From positions 1-31,695 of the forward strand of contig JAPULD010000432.1 in the NCBI GenBank assembly GCA_027295365.1: a stretch of 31,695 bases of DNA. The letters run 5' to 3'. Origin of the DNA: Planctomycetota bacterium (GTDB lineage Bacteria > Planctomycetota > Phycisphaerae > Phycisphaerales > SM1A02). Of this stretch, positions 17,170 through 26,008 are shown in pieces. The notes below the pieces were generated by a model. The model made no database searches and had not been told where the DNA came from. It saw only the letters and a list, made by a program, of their open reading frames with translations. Position numbers and translations under genes: made by a program. Each line of letters begins with the position of its first letter. The stretch's first letter is position 1.

Positions 17170-18789
17170 ATGAATGTGACATCAGACACATTAAAAGAAT
17201 TCATCTGTAAAGACATTTATAAGTCTGCAATTTTCAAAGGCCAATGGGGAATTGGTAAAACATTTTACTGGCACAAATTCGTTAGGGATAATATGGATGT
17301 ATTAAAAGATAGCTTTCAAGCCTATTCATATGTTTCCGTTTTTGGTGCTTCTACTATTTCAGATATCAAAACTAGTATTTTCAATAACTATAAACCCACT
17401 GATAACAAATCTCGATATCGCCATATCGATAAGCTAAAACCACACATTAAAATTCTAAAATCTTTAAATTTGCCTTACTTAGATTCTACAGACTTTATAT
17501 CTGACTACCTTGAAAACAATTTGTTTAAAAATATGTTGATATGTTTTGATGACCTAGAAAGAAAAGAAGAGGATATTTCCATGTCTTCATTACTGGGATT
17601 AATAACACACCTCAAAGAGGAAAAAGGTTGTAAAATCATACTCATACATAATGATGAAGGATTAGATGAAATTAATCTAAATAAATTCAATGAGTATCGA
17701 GACAAGGTTTTTGATCTCGAACTTTCGTATATGCCTTCAATTGATTCAAATCTGTCAATCATCTGGCCAAAAGGGATTGACCATAGTACTCGTGAAGTTT
17801 TTCAATTACTTAATTTGAATAACATCCGAATCATGCAACGCGTAAAGTGGGCCCAAGAATACTTTTATGAATTCATCAGTAATAATTACACCCACCTCAA
17901 TAATGCTTTTATGCTAAAATGCACTAAGATGGCAATAATTTACCATGCTTATGGAAAGAAATACAAACTAGCAGAATTAACAAAAGAAAATACACTAGCT
18001 CGACTGCTCTCTACCTATAAAAATGGCCCCACCGATGAGAACGAAGATGGATCACTTGATATCCTGAAAATCTTAGAATATAGGGCAGAAGACCAAGATA
18101 TCATCATTGCAAACTATCTAACCAATGGATACGTCAATTTTCTCGATTACAAAGAGCTGCTAGACGCAGCAGAAACTGCATATCAAAAAGGTAACGTTGA
18201 GGGGAAATATTGGGATACATGGAAAAAATATAGTGACAATTTCGCCATAAAGCAGGATGAATTTATTTCACAACTTCAAGAATTCATAAAGACACATGCT
18301 AAAGACCTATCACTCTATCATGTTTCTGAATCAATTAAATTTCTTTCTGATATGTCACCAGAGATTGACTTAGATAAATTACTTGATGATTCAATTGAAA
18401 AATATGTGTCTGAAAATGAAGAGATCCGTGAACGAGATCTCACGCATCCAAATATGCCTAGAGAATTGATCGATCGTATTTTGGAGAAGGCTGGTGCCAA
18501 GGGAAAAAAATACACGCTTTTAGAAATTTTCAAATCCCTTGCTGGCAGCAATAGTTGGACCCCAGAAGAAGTAAATCGCCTAGGCCATTTTGAAGCTAGT
18601 GATTTTGTTAACTGGCTGACAAATGAAAACGATGGCCAAGTAATCCAATTAGTTAGAAATTTCAAGAATCGATTTCATGGCGACAATGAAATTGAAATAT
18701 CAGTCCTTGAAAAACTAAACCACGCTCTTGAAATAATGAAAAATAGAAGTGCCTTAGACAAAGACAGAGTTGAAAAACTAATTAATTAA
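17170..18789 (+). CDS. KAP-family P-loop NTPase, AT-rich, solo gene
   Basis: Walker A GQWGIGKT, Walker B LICFDDLER, KAP-like NKFNEYRDKVFD and NIRIMQR; GC about one third versus ~60% in flanks; start uncertain (17113/17155/17170). Confidence 0.85.
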   Translation: MNVTSDTLKEFICKDIYKSAIFKGQWGIGKTFYWHKFVRDNMDVLKDSFQAYSYVSVFGASTISDIKTSIFNNYKPTDNKSRYRHIDKLKPHIKILKSLNLPYLDSTDFISDYLENNLFKNMLICFDDLERKEEDISMSSLLGLITHLKEEKGCKIILIHNDEGLDEINLNKFNEYRDKVFDLELSYMPSIDSNLSIIWPKGIDHSTREVFQLLNLNNIRIMQRVKWAQEYFYEFISNNYTHLNNAFMLKCTKMAIIYHAYGKKYKLAELTKENTLARLLSTYKNGPTDENEDGSLDILKILEYRAEDQDIIIANYLTNGYVNFLDYKELLDAAETAYQKGNVEGKYWDTWKKYSDNFAIKQDEFISQLQEFIKTHAKDLSLYHVSESIKFLSDMSPEIDLDKLLDDSIEKYVSENEEIRERDLTHPNMPRELIDRILEKAGAKGKKYTLLEIFKSLAGSNSWTPEEVNRLGHFEASDFVNWLTNENDGQVIQLVRNFKNRFHGDNEIEISVLEKLNHALEIMKNRSALDKDRVEKLIN

Positions 18790-18934
18790 CCCACTCGAAA
18801 TTCAAGATCTATTACTATTTATCTCAAGCCTTTCTAGATTAGACAATTGGAAATATTTGCATTCAATAATGTAAATGGCGAGGCGATGCACCCTAGAGCT
18901 TTTTCCATGCTCTTGAGTGATCGTCCCCTCCCCC

Positions 18935-19279
18935 TTAGCGCCCGGCTCGGTATTGGTCCAGCTTCGACACCGCTTCCGTCTCCCCCTTCTCCGTCAGCGC
19001 GGCGGTCAGCTTGAAATACATCGTCGTCCGGTAGCCTTCCCAATCGAATCCCTTGCGGCTGCGCTTCAGCGTGCGCTCGAAGATCGCCTCGTGCTCACGT
19101 TCGATCGTCTCCATCAGCAGTTCGCGATGGTCCTGAAACACTTGGGAGCCTTCCAACTCGTTGAGGAGTTTGATCCTCGTCTCCTCGCTGTCGGCAATGC
19201 CATACGCCAAGGTGTTCAGGAAAATGCCCAGGCCTATAAAAGCCATCACAACAATAAACAGAATGATCGCGCGTCTCAT
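18935..19279 (-). CDS. Small hypothetical protein with N-terminal TM/signal and helical soluble domain (114 aa)
   Basis: AAGGAG 6 nt upstream of ATG 19279; MRRAIILFIVVMAFIGLGIFL; host-like codon usage. Confidence 0.75.
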   Translation of the reverse strand: MRRAIILFIVVMAFIGLGIFLNTLAYGIADSEETRIKLLNELEGSQVFQDHRELLMETIEREHEAIFERTLKRSRKGFDWEGYRTTMYFKLTAALTEKGETEAVSKLDQYRAGR

Positions 19280-19324
19280 GAGGTGCTCCTTATCATGGTT
19301 CCCCACGCCTTGAAAGCTCCAGAG

Positions 19325-19370
19325 AATCCGGGGGTTCCCGGAGTTCCGGGGGTGGATTCCGGGGGCGGGG
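19325..19370 (+). repeat. Second G-rich WTTCCGGGGG repeat cluster, G-quadruplex-like
   Basis: AATCCGGGGG TTCCCGGAG TTCCGGGGG TGGATTCCGGGGG CGGGG; four tracts of at least 4 G. Confidence 0.75.
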
Positions 19371-19447
19371 AGAAAGCTTGTTTCCCGCGGCAGAAATGTG
19401 TTCGCCTATGCGACTGATTCAAATTTAAGGTATGCCGACAAAGTTGT

Positions 19448-19477
19448 CATGTCGGAAATCGATCGCCATCCGACATG
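19448..19477. terminator. Perfect 9-bp hairpin downstream of the M36 gene (possible terminator)
   Basis: CATGTCGGA-12 nt-TCCGACATG; U-tract weak. Confidence 0.4.
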
Positions 19478-19593
19478 CAGAGTTTGTTGGGAATTCACCC
19501 AAGAGGATCACTCAACGGACCCGAAGAGGTCACTCTTGATCGGTTAGACCCGGCGAGTTTGACTGCTTGTCTCGATGGGTTGGATCCATCAAC

Positions 19594-22476
19594 TCATCCC
19601 CAATTCGCCAGCAGTGTCAGCAGGTCGTTGACATCGACGACCCCGTTGCCGTCGATGTCGGCGGGGCAGGGGGCCGGGCAGGGTCCCCAGTCGGCCAACA
19701 GCGTGAGGAGATCCGGCACGTTCACGACTCCGTCGTCATCCACGTCGCCGGGGATTGAATCGTACAACGCGATCGCAGTGTGGGTTTGCGTCATGGTCAC
19801 GTTCAGTGCGACCTGTCCAATCGGTTGCAGCGATCCGTTGAGTTTCCATCGCTTGAATGCAATAGATTTGTGCGTGACCGGGGCGGTAAGCGTGACGACT
19901 TCGTTGTATTTGTAGATCCGGGTGAAAGTCGCGGTGCCGTCCCCGTCGAGGAGTTGATCCGAGATCCCGACGGTGATGGCGGCTCCGGGCGCGAGGGACT
20001 TGACGTTCAATCGCTGGAAGATGCCCCGATCGGCGAACACACCCGCAATGGTGGCGGCGTTGACCCCGCCGGTGACGAGATACTCGCTGAACATCATCGC
20101 CTCGGCGTTGTCGGCGAAGGTCGGATTGTTGGGGACCAGAAAATGGCTGTCGAGCACGCGGGTGTCGGTGATGGTCTTGCCCAGGGTCTGGAAGAGTTGC
20201 CACAGCGCACCGGACCAGATCTCACCGTCCGTATGGATCTGGTTGACCATCGCGGCGGGATAGATCTTGTTCTTGTTGATTTGGCGCAGTCCCATGGGGG
20301 GGGCATCCCATTCCGCGAAGAAGGCGGGATTGAAGCCGCTGGACAGGTTCTGGGCGTTGAAGTTGCTGCAGGCCCAGTAGTCGCCAAAGCCCTCGCCGAT
20401 GGCGCCGGTCTCGTCACCGAAGCCGAAGCCGCCGGCTCCGCTGAATGCCCCGACGTTCTGATTGTCCTGCATGGAGTGGCCGTACTCGTGCAGGATGACG
20501 TCCGCGTCCTCGCCGTCGTCCACGCCACCGTCGCCGAAGAACAGCGAACCGGTTCCGGAGCCGTCGGGGCAGTAGAAGGAGTTGTCCTCGGAGATGGCGT
20601 GCGGATCGACCTGGATGGACCGGTTGTTGATGTTGGCGAATCCCAGCGACTGGATGTAGATCTGGTTCTGGGTGATGTGGTGGTAGCACATGACGCCCTC
20701 GAACGCGTCGCAGTCGCGGAGGTAGGGGAAGATCGACGTCCGTGAAGTGGGCGGGGTGAAGGCGATGGGTGTGTCGCCGGTGCAGTTGGGGGGAATGGCC
20801 AGGGAGGCGATCGAAACGTAATCTCCGACCAGCACCCAGGGCTGCCCCGCCGCGGGCGTGTTCAGCCTCTGAAGCGTGACGTTCGTGTACCCCCCGCACG
20901 GTGTAGCGCTGTTCGCGTCGTTGTTGTCGGCGAGCGTGCCGTCGTTCAGCGTGGTGACCGGATTGGGGTCGAAGAGTTTGGTGGTGTCGGCTTCGATAAG
21001 TACGTTGAACGTGCCCCAGGAGGGATAGAGCCCGTCCACGTCCCCCGTGATGAGCGTGTCCAGGCCCACGGACAGGTACACGACCTTGTTCGTGTCCGGC
21101 TCGGTGTACGTGAAACCGAAGATGCCACTGTTGGAACACAGCACGGAGTCGTCCCAATCGTTGCCGCCGAACGACCAGAGAGGCCCCGGCAGGTCGACGA
21201 GCCCGACGGGATTGTAGATCGTGTCGCACGCGTGCTCGGCGATCCCCTGGGGGAAGACGATGTTCCACCAGAACTCAACGGAGTTGACGTGGACGAAGAA
21301 CACATCCCAATAGCCCGTACCCCCTGGACCCTTGACTGGAAAGTTGTACGAGTCCCAGGTGAAGAGATCCCAGTCGTAGGTGATCGTGTACTGGTAACAG
21401 GGCAGCAACTGGATCCCCGCCCCGTAGATGTCCTCCAGTTGAAAGCCGAATTCGTCGGAGCCGAAACTGCTCACCCCCATGTCGATGATGACGTCGTATT
21501 GATCGTCTGGTGAACCGGCTTCAGTCACGATGGTTTCACCGACCAGCCCGACGATTTCCCACTGTCGATCACACGGCCCGAGGACACCGGCCGGGATCAG
21601 GGTCGGGGCCCGACGCTCGCTCGGGGCGGTGCCGAGCCGGATCATCCTCGGGGGAGTCTTTTTCGTCGCGCGGGCGACCGATCGCCTGGTGGGCGGATCC
21701 ATCTTGATCGGATCTTCATTCTTGACGCGCCGGCGCACTTCGAGCAGTTCACCATTCTCGGCATCCACGGCGTATTCCCAGGGGAGGACGGTCTCGCCCC
21801 ATTGATACGAGAGCAGATACACCAATCGACCCGCGCTCTTCGGATAAATCGCCAATGAAGGCGTCGCCCAGACCACGTCACCCAAAGGGGGATCTTCATC
21901 CATCGCGATTCCGATGGCTTTCATCGGCGTGATCTTCGGGGTCAGGCTCACGTCCTGCACCGGCCAGACCGTGGCGGAACTGTGGATGATCCTCCCTTCG
22001 GCATCGACGAGAACCTGGATCTTCCCATCGACGACTTGAAGGTTTCGATATCGCTGGATGAACGTGACACGCACGCCCTGTTTCAGGGTCTTCGACTCGA
22101 CATGATGAATCGTGCTGTGCTTGCGCTGCAGCCCGAAGAGCACCTTGTGTTCCTCAAGAAAGGCTTTCGCCGCCCCCTTGGAATCGCCGGGATAGACCTT
22201 CGACTTGCCGCCAAAGATCGTGCGTGGCAGCAACGTCTTCTCATCCCGGGTGATCTTCCAATTCCCCTCACCAGCGGCGCGAAACTTCTGCTCGGCAACG
22301 CGCATGTCTTTCTGATCCGGTTTCGGGATCGGCGTTTCGTTCGGTGGATCCGGAACAGTTGGGCGAGTCTGTGCCTGGCCCGTTCCGACGAGCAGTCCAA
22401 GGGACATGAATGAGGTGACCACAATGACTCCAGTCAAACGCTGAAGTCGTGCACGATTGGAATCAGATCTCTTCAT
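19594..22476 (-). CDS. Secreted M36 (fungalysin-like) metallopeptidase: FTP + PepSY propeptide, inserted beta-domain, catalytic domain, small beta domain, dockerin-like C-terminus
   Basis: Signal peptide; VTFIQRYRNLQVVDG (FTP); WEYAVDAENGELL (PepSY); FDPNPV; HEYGH with downstream GEGFGD; HTDGEIWSGALW; paired GDVDDDGVVNVPDL / ADIDGNGVVDVNDLLTLLANWG. Confidence 0.9.
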   Translation of the reverse strand: MKRSDSNRARLQRLTGVIVVTSFMSLGLLVGTGQAQTRPTVPDPPNETPIPKPDQKDMRVAEQKFRAAGEGNWKITRDEKTLLPRTIFGGKSKVYPGDSKGAAKAFLEEHKVLFGLQRKHSTIHHVESKTLKQGVRVTFIQRYRNLQVVDGKIQVLVDAEGRIIHSSATVWPVQDVSLTPKITPMKAIGIAMDEDPPLGDVVWATPSLAIYPKSAGRLVYLLSYQWGETVLPWEYAVDAENGELLEVRRRVKNEDPIKMDPPTRRSVARATKKTPPRMIRLGTAPSERRAPTLIPAGVLGPCDRQWEIVGLVGETIVTEAGSPDDQYDVIIDMGVSSFGSDEFGFQLEDIYGAGIQLLPCYQYTITYDWDLFTWDSYNFPVKGPGGTGYWDVFFVHVNSVEFWWNIVFPQGIAEHACDTIYNPVGLVDLPGPLWSFGGNDWDDSVLCSNSGIFGFTYTEPDTNKVVYLSVGLDTLITGDVDGLYPSWGTFNVLIEADTTKLFDPNPVTTLNDGTLADNNDANSATPCGGYTNVTLQRLNTPAAGQPWVLVGDYVSIASLAIPPNCTGDTPIAFTPPTSRTSIFPYLRDCDAFEGVMCYHHITQNQIYIQSLGFANINNRSIQVDPHAISEDNSFYCPDGSGTGSLFFGDGGVDDGEDADVILHEYGHSMQDNQNVGAFSGAGGFGFGDETGAIGEGFGDYWACSNFNAQNLSSGFNPAFFAEWDAPPMGLRQINKNKIYPAAMVNQIHTDGEIWSGALWQLFQTLGKTITDTRVLDSHFLVPNNPTFADNAEAMMFSEYLVTGGVNAATIAGVFADRGIFQRLNVKSLAPGAAITVGISDQLLDGDGTATFTRIYKYNEVVTLTAPVTHKSIAFKRWKLNGSLQPIGQVALNVTMTQTHTAIALYDSIPGDVDDDGVVNVPDLLTLLADWGPCPAPCPADIDGNGVVDVNDLLTLLANWG

Positions 22477-22814
22477 AGGCCCACCCCTTTCTTTCGGATG
22501 CTTCTCTGAACCGGAGAGGCACACTGACTGAGGAACACCCGGAACGATGCTTTAAACATACACACAACCGGGTCGAGAAATAGAAGTAATTGACTTTTTT
22601 TGCCGGGAGAAGTGGGTGTTCACCACACTGAGCAATGGGTTGATCGACCTTTTTCCGAACCGGGCTGACCCGATGGCCTCAGACTGCCCATCGCTCCAAT
22701 TAGTCGGCAAGGTCAGCAGATAATAACGTTGACGACGCAAAGCAAAGAACGCGGAGGCGATGGATCAGCGCATCGACCGGAAGACCTCCACGAACCATAT
22801 GTCATTCGTACTTC

Positions 22815-22845
22815 ATTCCCAATCCCTATCCCCTTACAATTCCCC
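22815..22845 (-). repeat. (WWTCCC)n hexamer run forming a minus-strand G-quadruplex motif across the phosphatase stop codon
   Basis: Minus strand GGGG-AATTGTAA-GGGG-ATA-GGG-ATT-GGG-AAT. Confidence 0.55.
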
Positions 22846-24282
22846 GATCTTCATCACCACGATCGTCTGGTCGTCGCTGGGGCGGACGCCCGCTTCGTGC
22901 TCCTTCAGCGAGTTGGTAATGTGGCTGATCACGCAGTCGGGTTCACCGGTGCATTCGGTCAGTGATTGTTCGATGCCCTTGACATCGAACATCTTTCCCT
23001 GGGGGGACAACGCCTCGGTGATCCCATCGGTATAGAACACGACGCTGTCGCCCGGTTTCAGTTGCACCGTCGCATCTTCGTAGATGACATCGCGTAACAC
23101 ACCCAGGGGAACGCCCCCCACCTCTTCCAGCCTCGTCAGGATGGGAGGTTCGCCATTGCCTTGAGGGGCAGGGGTCATGTGAACAAGGGGCGGATGACCC
23201 GCCCTGGCATAGACGAGTTTCCGGGTGCCGGGGCAGTAGTGGGTGAGGATCGCTGTGACGAAGGTGCCGTCGAATCCCTTGTCCACGAGGTGCCGGTTGG
23301 CGAAGGCAAGCACCTCGCCCGGCCCCTCCAGATCATCGGGCGCGGCATAGAGAATCGCGTTGAGCATCGCCACCACCGTCGCGGCGGCCGGTCCATGACC
23401 CGCGGCATCCGCCACCAAAAGAGCCCAGGGGCCATCGGCGTCGAACGTCGTGCGATCGTCGGAGCGAATCCGCGGCACGAGGTCATACATGTCGCCCCCC
23501 GCGGTGTCGAAGGTTTCATAGTGCGCGCCGAGCCTGACGCCCGGAATGTCGGGCAGCTCGCGAGGCAGCAGCGCCTTCTGGATCCTCGCGATCTGGTTCA
23601 TCTCGTGGCGAATCACCGCGTTGGCCTCGCGAAGCTGCTTGAGGGCCATCTTGTTGCGCACCGTGGTGCCCACGAGGTTGGAACGCAGGATCGAATCCTC
23701 AAGATCTTTTTCGGTGTAGCCCTTCGCCTCTTCGCGGAGCATGATCGCCCAGTTGATGGGTTCGCCCTGCTCGAAGAGCGGGACCGCGATCAATGACCCA
23801 TACTTTGAAATCGCATTGCCCAGGACCGGGTCGTTCTTGAGGTAGACATGATGCACGATCTCGGGATACGCCTGGCGGATCAGCTCGCCGATGAAACCGC
23901 CTTCGTGGGTCGGCAGCTGGTCCCATGTCGCCCAGGGATCGGCATCGGCCATATGTTCCACCTCATCATCGACCAGCAGACGCGTGATCTTGTATTGCCC
24001 CGGCTGCAGGCCTCGCGTGGAGATCGAGATGAACCCACGTGGTCCTTCCAGTTTCCTTAAACCCTCGGAGAAGTCGCGCAGCACTTCGGAAGGCTCTTCG
24101 GCGCGACTGATTGCACCGACCATCTCCATCAGGATGGGAATGTTGGGATTGTTCGATGTGTTGACGCAGGACATACCCTGGAAGACTTCATCACGATGCG
24201 AGCCGCTCTTCGCCGCACTCGTAACCGGAGCCTGAACGTTTCCTTGCCCTTCGTGAACCGTCATGCCCTCATCATAGCCCAA
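22834..24282 (-). CDS. GAF + SpoIIE/PP2C (RsbU-like) protein phosphatase
   Basis: AGGDMYD, LVADAAGHG, YARAGHPP, FYTDGITEA, DDQTIV; GAF-like SLIAVPL; true start may be 24174 or 24129. Confidence 0.92.
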   Translation of the reverse strand: MGYDEGMTVHEGQGNVQAPVTSAAKSGSHRDEVFQGMSCVNTSNNPNIPILMEMVGAISRAEEPSEVLRDFSEGLRKLEGPRGFISISTRGLQPGQYKITRLLVDDEVEHMADADPWATWDQLPTHEGGFIGELIRQAYPEIVHHVYLKNDPVLGNAISKYGSLIAVPLFEQGEPINWAIMLREEAKGYTEKDLEDSILRSNLVGTTVRNKMALKQLREANAVIRHEMNQIARIQKALLPRELPDIPGVRLGAHYETFDTAGGDMYDLVPRIRSDDRTTFDADGPWALLVADAAGHGPAAATVVAMLNAILYAAPDDLEGPGEVLAFANRHLVDKGFDGTFVTAILTHYCPGTRKLVYARAGHPPLVHMTPAPQGNGEPPILTRLEEVGGVPLGVLRDVIYEDATVQLKPGDSVVFYTDGITEALSPQGKMFDVKGIEQSLTECTGEPDCVISHITNSLKEHEAGVRPSDDQTIVVMKIGEL

Positions 24283-24321
24283 AGGTAGAGCAGAACTGCA
24301 CTCGAAATACCCCCGGATACA

Positions 24322-25593
24322 TCAAATCATCCCCCGCAACTTCCGATAGCCCGCCCAGGCGAAGAAACCGAGGATCAGCAGGAAAACGAATGTGGTTGAC
24401 AAGCGATTCCGATGCTTCACGCCTATCCAGGAGGTCTTGGAATTCATGATGAGCAACCCCAGGGCAAGCAGGGGGATGAAGAAGGCTCCCGTCACGACAT
24501 AGTTGCGCTGCACCTGCTCGAAGGAATAGCGAACCTGTATGAGCGGCACGATCGCCATCACGATCAGAAACCCGCGGTAGGACCAGCCGCGCGTATCGAC
24601 GGGATTGTCGGATCGCTTCGCGTCCTCTGAAACAGACACCTCTTTCGGCGTGCGCACCGACAAACGCCAGAGATCCGCGAACAGGTAGGGCACCGCCTGC
24701 CAGACACCCAGCAGACTGCTGAAGACCGCGGCCCAGGCCCCGATGAGAAACACCCAGCGTCCCGCGGGTCCGATCGCGGTTTCAAGTTGATTGGCCAGGG
24801 CGATGATGAAGCCCACGCCCTTGCCACTTGCGTCGGTGCCCGAGGCGATGATGACCATGGCCAGGCCAAACAACGCGGTCATGATGTACCCCAAAGCGAG
24901 ATCAAGGCGGCAGAGTTTTAGCGATTGGGTTGAGGTGCGGCCTTCCTCGCGGATCCAGTAGCCATAGCAAAGGATGGTGACGGTTCCCCCGATTCCGCCC
25001 AGCAGCCCGATCGTCCAGGTGAGTCCTTCGCCCTGCAGGTCGGGGATGGTGGGGGTGAAGAGCCCTTTGAGCACGCCGGTCACATCTGGTTTGAGCAGGA
25101 CCGCCGTGATGATGACAGTGATGAACATGATGAAGATGCAGACGCTCATGCATCGCTGGAAGACCTTGAAGCCGCCCCACCAGGCGATGGCGACGCCGAT
25201 CAGGCTTTGGGCGAGTGCGTAGACGAGTTTGCCATTGGCATCGTCGAAGATCGGCGCAATGGCCTGCATGGTCACGCCGCACGCACTCATGATGGCCGCG
25301 GCGGTGACGTAGCTCCAGAACAGGAAATACGCGCCGAAGATGATGCGGAAGGGCCAGCCGAAGTGTTCAACCGCGCCTTCCAGCAGCGTGCTCCCCGTGG
25401 CAAGTTGCCAGCGGGTCAGACCCTCGGTGAGAACGAACTTGAAGAACGCCCCGACGAACACCACCCAGAGGATCGCCAGCCCCAGCTTGCTTCCCGCCAG
25501 GCCTGCCCCGGCCAGATCGCCCGCCCCGACCCCGGTCGCGGCGATGAGCAACCCGGGACCGATGAGCGTAAAGATGGAAAAACGTGATTTCAT
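24322..25593 (-). CDS. Nramp-superfamily (YcsG/MntH-related) divalent cation transporter
   Basis: GPGLLIAATGVGAGDL..AG...G..ILW, EG..RWQLATG; about 11 hydrophobic segments; lacks the canonical DPGN motif. Confidence 0.85.
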   Translation of the reverse strand: MKSRFSIFTLIGPGLLIAATGVGAGDLAGAGLAGSKLGLAILWVVFVGAFFKFVLTEGLTRWQLATGSTLLEGAVEHFGWPFRIIFGAYFLFWSYVTAAAIMSACGVTMQAIAPIFDDANGKLVYALAQSLIGVAIAWWGGFKVFQRCMSVCIFIMFITVIITAVLLKPDVTGVLKGLFTPTIPDLQGEGLTWTIGLLGGIGGTVTILCYGYWIREEGRTSTQSLKLCRLDLALGYIMTALFGLAMVIIASGTDASGKGVGFIIALANQLETAIGPAGRWVFLIGAWAAVFSSLLGVWQAVPYLFADLWRLSVRTPKEVSVSEDAKRSDNPVDTRGWSYRGFLIVMAIVPLIQVRYSFEQVQRNYVVTGAFFIPLLALGLLIMNSKTSWIGVKHRNRLSTTFVFLLILGFFAWAGYRKLRGMI

Positions 25594-25702
25594 ATCTCGG
25601 GAGGGTAGCACACTGCTCTCAAGGGTGGCCGTGGTACGTGCTGCACTTCCCACTGGCTTGTGAGTTTACTTCTGCTTGACGTCGTAACGAGCCGCGACTT
25701 TG

Positions 25703-25784
25703 AGGGTGCGATTCATCTCAGCACGCGTGTTGCACGTCAAACGCAACATGACGGGGCAACAAGGAATGTTGCCTCGCCCACCCT
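25703..25784 (-). promoter_or_regulatory. Candidate structured leader RNA upstream of the Nramp-like gene
   Basis: Closing helix AGGGTG/CACCCT enclosing a 9-bp hairpin (25753-25775) and an 8-bp hairpin (25726-25750). Confidence 0.4.
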
Positions 25785-26008
25785 TGGGTACAGTGCCATT
25801 GGATCGGTAAAATCCAGGCCACTCGAATCGGAAGAAGATCGTACGGTGTGGTTAATCAATAAAATGATACGAATTTGCATGAAGAGCCAAGGTCTGCGTC
25901 TCACGTTTCATCTCGAAATGATTCGCGAGATCGAAGCTCTTCTCGAACCCACCCCATCCTCGACCGAGGATGGCTCGAACCCCTGAATCGCTTTTTCCAG
26001 GAGCACTC

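Noticed and set aside
22834-24282. RsbU-like phosphatase without neighbouring RsbV/RsbW
   Set aside because: Dispersed SpoIIE-domain phosphatases are ordinary; all catalytic Asp motifs are intact
25695-25725. TPP riboswitch-like GCTGAGA..ACCC on the minus strand
   Set aside because: Lacks the required downstream CCUGAU..UAAU..GCGNAGG half of the aptamer
25795-25840. Cobalamin riboswitch-like GGTAAAATCC..GCCACT..GGAAG on the plus strand
   Set aside because: Fragments only; no AGGGAA or GCCCCCGCAACTGT core, and the downstream gene is unrelated
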